12,490 nt of DNA from a bacterium. GTDB taxonomy: Bacteria; JAHJDO01. The stretch lies in NCBI GenBank assembly GCA_043824255.1, contig JBDRTG010000044.1:1-12490 (forward strand). The letters are read 5' to 3'. Under the pieces are notes generated by a model. That model saw only the letters and a list, made by a program, of their open reading frames with translations. It did not search any database and was not told the origin of the DNA. The position numbers and the translations under genes are program-made. Shown here piece after piece: positions 1 through 6,354 of this stretch. Every line of letters starts with the position of its first letter. Within the stretch, counting starts at the first letter, position 1.

Positions 1-215
1 TAAAGTCCAGAATAGGCCTCTTCTGAGGACTGGCTGAGAGCTGACTTTGGATCTTTAGTACGATAGGTTTTCCAGCCTGCTATTCCCTGTTCAAAATCAC
101 CATTCTTTACTAAATTAATTTCCTCTTTTTCCTGCGCCCCTACATCCCATCCTGTCCAGCTCATATACAACAACAACACTATTGACAATAAAATACTTCT
201 GCTTCTTATCAACAT
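1..215 (-). CDS. Secreted protein with an N-terminal carbohydrate-binding (CBM4/9-like) domain; 5' part only, runs off the window
   Basis: Not in the ORF track. Manual translation from the ATG at 215 gives MLIRSRSILLSIVLLLYMSWTGWDVGA-QEKEEINLVKNGDFEQGIAGWKTYRTKDPKSALSQSSEEAYSGL..., open to the window edge. It has a basic and hydrophobic signal peptide ending VGA. The NLVKNGDFE..W...S.EEAYSG pattern is typical of the start of CBM_4_9 modules. SD AGGGAGGG at 230-223. Confidence 0.75.
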   Translation of the reverse strand, partial: MLIRSRSILLSIVLLLYMSWTGWDVGAQEKEEINLVKNGDFEQGIAGWKTYRTKDPKSALSQSSEEAYSGL

Positions 216-269
216 AATATTACCCTCCCTTTTTTATTTGATTGTTTAACAACTGTTTTGGACTTTGTG

Positions 270-304
270 TTTGTTTAGAGTTTAGTTCTTCGGATTTAGA
301 ATTT
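270..304 (-). repeat. Degenerate 7-nt periodic tandem repeat (5 units)
   Basis: The minus strand reads AAATTCT/AAATCCG/AAGAACT/AAACTCT/AAACAAA across the aminotransferase stop codon. Confidence 0.45.
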
Positions 305-1669
305 TTCACTATATCCCAATTCCTTCTCCACCTCAAAAATGGCCTCATCAATAATGTCCATACCCTTGAGAAGAACTTCGTCTTCCATAATAATAGGAGG
401 ACTCATACGCAAAATGTGCCCCGCTGGAATCCATGCTAATCCTTTCCTGAATGCTTTCTGATAAACAAGTTTTCCTGCTTCATTAAATGGTTCTTTTGTG
501 TTTTTATCCTTTACAAGCTCTATGCCCATAAGACACCCTTTTGCCCGTACATCACCAACAATAGAACGCTCATTCTTCATCTTTTCCATACGTTTTAACG
601 CTATTTCACCAAGATGTAGAGACTGCTTAAGCAGGTTTTCTTCTTCTATAACCTCAATACATGCAAGTGCAGCTGCGCATGCCATCGGATTTCCTCCATA
701 ACTGCTGGAAGCTGAAATTGATTCAAATGATTCTTTGTAAGGTTCACGTACAGCCACACATGTAACAGGAAAGCCATTGCCAAAACCTTTACCAAGTGTT
801 ACTACATCCGGTACAACATCCCAATGTTCGCTGCAAAGCCATTTTCCTGTACGTCCCATACTGGTAAGTACCTCGTCACACATTAGTAAAATTTTATGTT
901 TATCACAAAATTTCCTCATTTTTGGGAAGAAATCATCAGGCGGCATTACAGAGCCACCCCAACCTTGAATTGGTTCCAGAATAAACGCAGCTACTTGATG
1001 CGCTGTAGCTCTATCTAAATATTCTTCATAAAACTCAATATATTTATCAGTATCAATTGTCCCGTCATCCTTGGTCCAGTGAGGGTGATATGGGTCAGGC
1101 CGCGGGACCATATGGAATCCCGGCGCTCTTGTAGGTCCGTACACTGCAGAACGAATATGTCCCAATGATACACCGCCATAAGTTTTCCCGTGATAATCAT
1201 AGAAACAGGAAATCATTTCATGCTGTTTAGTAGCTGCGCGGCATACACGCAATCCTGCTTCAACCGCTGTGGTTCCTGAATCGTACAATTGAAATCCGTT
1301 CAAATCGCCGGGCAGAATTTCTGCCAGTTTTTCCATTAACTGTGTTTTTATCGGGGTTGTAAAATCATGCGCGTTTTGAAGCTTACCCGCATATTTTTGG
1401 ATGGCTTCTGTAATTTTAGGATGGCAATGTCCTAATGTGGTAACATAAATCCCCGACGAAAAATCTATGTATCTGTTACCATCTACATCAGTCAAAACAC
1501 AACCTTTACCAGACTCAAAACTAACCGGAAAAAGTTTCACCTGTCCGCTTAACCCCTTAAAATACTTTGTGCACCGCTTATGCCACTTTTGAGATTGGGG
1601 TCCCGGAGGTGTTACTCTTATATCAGGAATTTTATCTAAATCTACCTTTGCCCAATTTTTATTATACAT
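296..1669 (-). CDS. Class-III PLP-dependent aminotransferase (GabT/ArgD-like family; substrate unknown)
   Basis: 457 aa. Motifs: DVDGNRYIDF, LGHCHP, YHGKT, ILEPIQGWGG, DEVLTSMGRTG, PDVVTLGKGFGNGFP (PLP lysine), SYGGNP, RMSPP. Confidence 0.93.
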   Translation of the reverse strand: MYNKNWAKVDLDKIPDIRVTPPGPQSQKWHKRCTKYFKGLSGQVKLFPVSFESGKGCVLTDVDGNRYIDFSSGIYVTTLGHCHPKITEAIQKYAGKLQNAHDFTTPIKTQLMEKLAEILPGDLNGFQLYDSGTTAVEAGLRVCRAATKQHEMISCFYDYHGKTYGGVSLGHIRSAVYGPTRAPGFHMVPRPDPYHPHWTKDDGTIDTDKYIEFYEEYLDRATAHQVAAFILEPIQGWGGSVMPPDDFFPKMRKFCDKHKILLMCDEVLTSMGRTGKWLCSEHWDVVPDVVTLGKGFGNGFPVTCVAVREPYKESFESISASSSYGGNPMACAAALACIEVIEEENLLKQSLHLGEIALKRMEKMKNERSIVGDVRAKGCLMGIELVKDKNTKEPFNEAGKLVYQKAFRKGLAWIPAGHILRMSPPIIMEDEVLLKGMDIIDEAIFEVEKELGYSEKF

Positions 1670-1675
1670 TTCTAT

Positions 1676-2491
1676 CTAATCCTTTAAATTATATTTTCCA
1701 ACTGCTTCTTTTGGTTTTATATTGCTTTTTACTACGTCACATAATGCCTTCTGAAAATTCTTCGGGTCTTTGACCTGTATAGCATTTCTGCCAAATACAA
1801 CACCTCTTGCTCCATCTTTGATTTCATCATGGGCAAGTTGTAATGCTTCAAGTTGTGTGGGTTTTTTCTCTGCGCCAAGACCCAGTATTGGAACAGGGCA
1901 GGATTTAACAACTTCCCTAAATTTATTCGTATAGAATGTCTTTATCATATCTGCGCCCAGTTCCACAATTATACGAGTCAGGGAATAAACTTGTTCATGA
2001 AGTTTATCAGCGCTCAATTTATCTGTTTTGTTCGGGAATGCTTCACCAATTACAGGAATGCCTAATTTATCTGCCTCATTTGCCAGTTTCGAATATATTT
2101 CAATATTTCTGGCATCCGTTCTCTCATCGCCTGTTTGAAGCGTTAAAGACACCAGAACTATTTCAGCACCAAGCGCTATTGCATCAGCAGCTGACATGAC
2201 AGAAGCAGATATCGCTTTCTCATAATTCCAGTGAAAACAATATACTGTATTCCAGTTTAGTCTGACTATTGGCATAGGCGCGCCTTTGTAGTTAAATGCG
2301 TGTTGACATTGCTTAAGCATGCCTGGACTTAACAATATTCCATCAACGCATGAGTTCATCTTCCTGGCAGTTTCAGGTATATCAATCATTCCCGGAATAG
2401 GACCATCAAACTCTCCATGGTCAATAGCTATAACCACAGCATTTTTGCCTTTATCAAAAAACTTATTTAGTCTCAACTCCTTGCCACTCAT
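1676..2491 (-). CDS. Class I aldolase, DhnA/FbaB/LsrF (DeoC/LacD superfamily) type
   Basis: 271 aa. Motifs: IAIDHG, DAIALGA, ELGADMIKTFY (Schiff-base Lys), GARGVVFGRN. Ends 6 nt upstream of the aminotransferase start. Confidence 0.88.
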   Translation of the reverse strand: MSGKELRLNKFFDKGKNAVVIAIDHGEFDGPIPGMIDIPETARKMNSCVDGILLSPGMLKQCQHAFNYKGAPMPIVRLNWNTVYCFHWNYEKAISASVMSAADAIALGAEIVLVSLTLQTGDERTDARNIEIYSKLANEADKLGIPVIGEAFPNKTDKLSADKLHEQVYSLTRIIVELGADMIKTFYTNKFREVVKSCPVPILGLGAEKKPTQLEALQLAHDEIKDGARGVVFGRNAIQVKDPKNFQKALCDVVKSNIKPKEAVGKYNLKD

Positions 2492-2511
2492 AGTATTTTC
2501 CCTCTCTAATT

Positions 2512-3279
2512 TTAGACTGTTATTACTTCTACTCCCATTTTCCTTATTTTCTCAAGATACGCCTTATCGGCGTTCTTATCTGTTATTAATTTGTGTATGT
2601 CCTTGATATCTGCATATTTTGAAAACGAGTTTTTGCCGATCTTTGTATAATCTGTCACAACAATAACCTCACTTGCAAGACGACACATTAATTCCGTTAC
2701 CTTCGCAGTATATATATCTCTTGATGTTACACCTGCACTTATACTTATTCCATCAGTCCCGAGAAAAGCCTTATCGGCACGAAAACTCTCTATGCCTTTT
2801 TCTGCAAGAGGTCCGCTTAAATCAAAACTCCCTACTCTGCAATTACCACCTAATAGTATTGTACTTATGTTACGAGAAGTTCTGAGCTCTAACATGACAA
2901 GTATAGAGTTTGTCACTACAGTTATATTGCTCCTGTTTTTAAGATTTCTTGCAATCTGTGCCGTTGTGGTTCCAGTATCAAGAAAAATCACATCTCCATC
3001 TTTCAGGAGTCCTGCTGCATATTTACCAATTGCTTCTTTTTCTTTAGGCATTTTTTTGACTTTATCTCTACACATAGATTCTAGGATGGTTTGTTCCTGC
3101 TTTATTGCTCCGCCGTATGTTTTGGCAAGTAGACCTTGTTTCTCCAGTATTGAAAGATCTCTTCTTACTGTGACCTCTGATACCCCAAGACGTTCGCCAA
3201 GTTTAGTAACTTCAACTTTATTTTCTGTACTCAGGATATCCAGTATCTTTTTTTTTCTTTCTGCAAACTTGAGCCCCAT
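2512..3279 (-). CDS. DeoR/GlpR family transcriptional regulator
   Basis: N-terminal HTH (ERKKKIL...LGVSEVTVRRDL..LEKQGLL.KTYGGA) and DeoR sensor domain (IFLDTGTT, VVTNS, ADKAFLGTDGI, DYTKIG, LITD). The ATG at 3279 (255 aa, preceded by AAGGATGG) is preferred over the track's TTG at 3354, which coincides with a -35 box. Confidence 0.93.
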   Translation of the reverse strand: MGLKFAERKKKILDILSTENKVEVTKLGERLGVSEVTVRRDLSILEKQGLLAKTYGGAIKQEQTILESMCRDKVKKMPKEKEAIGKYAAGLLKDGDVIFLDTGTTTAQIARNLKNRSNITVVTNSILVMLELRTSRNISTILLGGNCRVGSFDLSGPLAEKGIESFRADKAFLGTDGISISAGVTSRDIYTAKVTELMCRLASEVIVVTDYTKIGKNSFSKYADIKDIHKLITDKNADKAYLEKIRKMGVEVITV

Positions 3280-3325
3280 TTTCCATCCTTTTTTAAAATA
3301 GATTGTTTGCTTTTGATTATGATTA

Positions 3326-3354
3326 TTTGTATCACATGACACGAATCTTGTCAA
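3326..3354 (-). promoter_or_regulatory. Sigma70-type promoter for the deoR-aldolase-aminotransferase unit
   Basis: Minus strand: TTGACA (3354-3349), 17-nt spacer ending in TGA (extended -10), then TACAAA (3331-3326). Confidence 0.65.
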
Positions 3355-3360
3355 AAAAAT

Positions 3361-5196
3361 TTACTTAGCCTTCTTCAGGAACACCATTAGAATCATGATT
3401 GATGCCGGGGTTACCCCAGAAATGCGGTTCGCCTGACCCAATGATACAGGCTGGAATTTTTCCAACTTTTCCTTAATCTCTTTTGATAATCCGGGAATAT
3501 TTGCATAGTCTAAATCTCTGGGAATCCTTATCCTCTCAAGATCCTTAAATTTCTTTATATCACGCACCTGCCGTTTAATAAAACCGGCATATTTGACCTC
3601 TATTTCTATCTGAGTCAGCACATCATCAGCTAAGTCAATCCCGAAAGTACTAATATCAACTTCCGGACGTCTGAGAAATTCCTCCAGAGAAACAGTCTTT
3701 TTAATAGAAGAAACAGTGGAAGGGCTTATTTTCTCTTTTCTTAAATACTTTAATCCCTGTTCAATTTTTTTCTGCTTCTCAGTAGTTTTATCAAAATCCT
3801 CCTTTGAAACAAGACCTGCTTTATATCCAACTTTTCTTAACCGCAAATCCGCATTATCTTCACGAATAACGAGGCGGTGCTCAACGCGCGAAGTAAACAT
3901 CCTGTATGGCTCATTCGTACCCTTAGTTACAAGATCATCAAGCAGTACACCAATATAACTGGTGGAGCGATCCAGTATAAGAGGATCTCTTCCTTTCATC
4001 TTTAATACAGCATTTACTCCTGCAATCAGTCCTTGTGCTGCAGCTTCTTCATATCCTGTGGTACCATTAATCTGTCCTGCCAGATATAAATTACTAATTA
4101 GCTTTGTCTCCAGAGTAGGATAAAGCTGCATGGAATCAATAACATCGTGTTCTATTCCATAACCCATATGTGTGGGCTTTGCCTTCTCCAATCCTTTGAT
4201 TGAGTGCAAAAAATCCATCTGAATATCTTTCGGCAGACTTGTAGCAAGCCCGTTAGGATAGAAATCAAACGTGTCCAGACCCTCAGGTTCCAGAAATATC
4301 TGATGACGACTTTTATCAGCAAACTTTACTATTTTGTCTTCAATTGAAGGGCAGTATCGCACTCCTGTGCCATGGATTATGCCTGTAAACAGAGGCGACT
4401 TACTCAGCCCGGACCGAATAATCTCATGTGTCCTTTGATTAGTATAGGTAATATAGCAGGGAACTTGTTTTCGATCTATGCATTGCGTTGAAAAAGAAAA
4501 TGGAATGGGATTCTTATCCCCTTCTTGAATCTCTAGTTCTGAAAAATCGATTGTTCTTCCATCCAGGCGCGGACATGTCCCTGTCTTAAAACGAAGAAGT
4601 TTAAACCCTAAATCCTTTAAGGAATCCGAAAGTTTTGTTGCTGCTTTTTCCCCCATTCTGCCACCTGGAAAATGTTTAAGCCCTACATGAAGTAATCCAT
4701 TCAGAAATGTGCCAGGAGTAATAATTACTGCTTTAGAAAGAATGTTCCCAGAACTGGTTTTCGCTCCGATAACAGACATATTTTTTACAACTAATCCTAT
4801 AACCTGCCCCTCTGTTACATCCAGATTTTCCTGCTTATTTACAACATTTCTCATATAAAACTTGTACCTTTCCCTATCTATTTGTGCACGGGAGGAACGT
4901 ACTGCAGGACCTTTTGAAGAATTGAGCTGGCGAAACTGTATACCTGCGTAATCAGCAGCCTTTGCCATTTCACCGCCAAGAGCATCTATTTCCTTAACAA
5001 GCTGGCCCTTGCCTATTCCGCCAATTGCCGGATTACAGGACATAAAACCAATATTATCTTTATTCATTGTGATGAGTAATGTCTTCGCACCCATTCTCGC
5101 ACTTGCCAGAGCCGCCTCGCACCCTGCATGTCCCGCACCAACAACAATCACATCATATTTCATCTTTCTACGCCTATTTACTTTATTCGTTTTCAT
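3361..5196 (-). CDS. mnmG: tRNA uridine 5-carboxymethylaminomethyl modification enzyme MnmG (GidA)
   Basis: Motifs: YDVIVVGAGHAGCEAA, MSCNPAIGG, SKGPAV, RFKTGT, RYCPSIEDK, AGQINGTTGYEEAAAQG, EPYRMFTSR, RISGVTPA. The start is either 5196 (TAATG overlap with the upstream stop) or 5163 (MKYDVIVVG). Confidence 0.98.
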   Translation of the reverse strand: MKTNKVNRRRKMKYDVIVVGAGHAGCEAALASARMGAKTLLITMNKDNIGFMSCNPAIGGIGKGQLVKEIDALGGEMAKAADYAGIQFRQLNSSKGPAVRSSRAQIDRERYKFYMRNVVNKQENLDVTEGQVIGLVVKNMSVIGAKTSSGNILSKAVIITPGTFLNGLLHVGLKHFPGGRMGEKAATKLSDSLKDLGFKLLRFKTGTCPRLDGRTIDFSELEIQEGDKNPIPFSFSTQCIDRKQVPCYITYTNQRTHEIIRSGLSKSPLFTGIIHGTGVRYCPSIEDKIVKFADKSRHQIFLEPEGLDTFDFYPNGLATSLPKDIQMDFLHSIKGLEKAKPTHMGYGIEHDVIDSMQLYPTLETKLISNLYLAGQINGTTGYEEAAAQGLIAGVNAVLKMKGRDPLILDRSTSYIGVLLDDLVTKGTNEPYRMFTSRVEHRLVIREDNADLRLRKVGYKAGLVSKEDFDKTTEKQKKIEQGLKYLRKEKISPSTVSSIKKTVSLEEFLRRPEVDISTFGIDLADDVLTQIEIEVKYAGFIKRQVRDIKKFKDLERIRIPRDLDYANIPGLSKEIKEKLEKFQPVSLGQANRISGVTPASIMILMVFLKKAK

Positions 5197-6047
5197 TAAC
5201 TGCTATTATAACATTTTTTTAAACAGTTTTTCTCATACATAAAAAGCGCAGCAAGAAAAACCAGAAAGAACGTTCCCAGAAGTTTGTCAAAACCATCGTT
5301 TTGGGCACAGTTCATGCCTGTTACGCCTGCAATAGTAAACAATAAAATCCTCAAAATATTCGATATTAAAATGAATAGAGGTATGCTGAATATCCATATC
5401 AATGTTTGTGCGAGATTAAATTTACATATCCACGGCAAAATTGATAAAAACATTAACAGGATAATCAGCGTATCCAGTCCTGAACAACGTTCCACAAGAA
5501 TAAGCGTGAAATCAGATACTGTTACCGAATAATTCTCCAACGACAATTTAACCGACATACCAAGCTGATCAAAAAAAGCACCAACGATAACTGTATTAAG
5601 ACGATTAATCCAGTGACTCAAAAAAGAGAGTCTCCATTCAAAAGGATAGAGAAAAATAAGAAAAAAACATGGGAAAAGGACTTTTTTTGCCTTCTTCATA
5701 CCATAAAAAAGGCAACATAGACTAAACACAAAAACAACGAGTGCAGCCCCTTCAAAAAAATACATTCCAGAAAAAAAACCACATAAGAAAATTAGAAAAC
5801 CTAAAAGGAGAAAGACAAAGAAATAAAATGCACCACTGACATTCTTCTCCAGTTTAAAAGATGAGCTTGTCTGGGCATGCCTGAAAAGAAGATAAGATAT
5901 CAGAGGTGTGAGTAAAATATAAAAATACATAGGCTGGTGGTGATAAATGCTCAGTATCCATAAAAAATACCTATGCAATAGAACCGAAATAATGAGAGAA
6001 ACCAGTAATATCAGGAATTTTTTCTCTCTGTTAGTCTGAATCCTCAT
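5196..6047 (-). CDS. Exosortase/archaeosortase family transpeptidase (divergent)
   Basis: 283 aa multi-pass membrane protein. Family hallmarks: LLTPLISYLLFR, FPCFFLIFLYP, LILVERCSGL (catalytic Cys188) and ISNILRI (Arg233). The third-site segment reads GFDKLLG, with Asp254 where His is expected. No EpsI-like C-terminal domain. Confidence 0.85.
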   Translation of the reverse strand: MRIQTNREKKFLILLVSLIISVLLHRYFLWILSIYHHQPMYFYILLTPLISYLLFRHAQTSSSFKLEKNVSGAFYFFVFLLLGFLIFLCGFFSGMYFFEGAALVVFVFSLCCLFYGMKKAKKVLFPCFFLIFLYPFEWRLSFLSHWINRLNTVIVGAFFDQLGMSVKLSLENYSVTVSDFTLILVERCSGLDTLIILLMFLSILPWICKFNLAQTLIWIFSIPLFILISNILRILLFTIAGVTGMNCAQNDGFDKLLGTFFLVFLAALFMYEKNCLKKCYNSS

Positions 6048-6258
6048 TCCTTTTTCTTCTCCATAATCCCAGAAGAAGAACTCCCGACGCTACAACCACA
6101 ACAACCACTGAACCAGGCAGAGGAGCTTTAGCTGCTGCAGGAGGAGCAACTGGAGGAGGAGGGACAGGAGGCCTAGGCCGCCATCCCCAAGCATACCCAA
6201 GTTGATTGGTACCAAAAATAAAAAGCGCAATTAGAATGACAACGATTTTGATTTTCAT
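6031..6258 (-). CDS. Small secreted proline-rich peptide with a PEP-CTERM-like (VPLPA-CTERM-like) C-terminal sorting signal; putative exosortase substrate
   Basis: 75 aa: signal peptide MKIKIVVILIALFIFGTNQLGYA, core WGWRPRPPVPPPPVAPPAAAK, motif APLPGS, hydrophobic helix VVVVVVASGVLLLGLW, basic cluster RRKR. SD GAGG upstream. Overlaps the exosortase start by 17 nt. Confidence 0.85.
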   Translation of the reverse strand: MKIKIVVILIALFIFGTNQLGYAWGWRPRPPVPPPPVAPPAAAKAPLPGSVVVVVVASGVLLLGLWRRKRNEDSD

Positions 6259-6306
6259 TGTTTTCCCTCACATGTTAATAGTGTTAGTTTACACGCTCAA
6301 TCTGCA

Positions 6307-6335
6307 ATTATACAGAACTTTTTGTGGGTTTTACA
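6307..6335 (-). promoter_or_regulatory. Possible promoter for the peptide-exosortase pair
   Basis: Perfect TATAAT on the minus strand at 6312-6307, inside the 96-nt intergenic gap. The -35 region is a poor match (TGTAAA/CTGTAA). Confidence 0.4.
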
Positions 6336-6354
6336 GAGAAAAAGAAAGAACTGC

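Noticed and set aside
2553..2577. Inverted repeat AAGATACGCC-TTATC-GGCGTTCTT
   Set aside because: It lies inside the deoR coding sequence, has a short stem and no U-tract, so it is not supportable as a terminator.
242..2606. Short ORFs of 61-95 aa overlapping the aminotransferase and aldolase (242-439, 498-701, 777-968, 1015-1200, 1567-1773, 1853-2065, 1936-2199, 2319-2606)
   Set aside because: Antisense or out-of-frame shadows of well-supported genes, with no recognisable motifs.
2673..3301. Plus-strand ORFs of 70 and 169 aa opposite deoR
   Set aside because: Antisense shadows of the DeoR gene with no family features.
3280..3354. 25-aa N-terminal extension of DeoR from the TTG at 3354
   Set aside because: The TTG is part of the TTGACA -35 box and has no SD. 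The DeoR-like sequence begins at the ATG at 3279.
3716..5532. Plus-strand ORFs 3716-3958, 5009-5242 and 5284-5532
   Set aside because: Antisense to mnmG and the exosortase, with no independent evidence.
5661..5778. Several 7-8 nt homopolymer runs in the exosortase gene as possible phase-variation sites
   Set aside because: Explained by Phe- and Lys-rich segments in an AT-rich genome, and the reading frame is intact.
6031..6126. Reading the C-terminal signal as a sortase LPXTG motif
   Set aside because: The sequence is APLPGS with no Thr-Gly. It fits the PEP/PLP-CTERM class, and the neighbouring enzyme is an exosortase, not a sortase.
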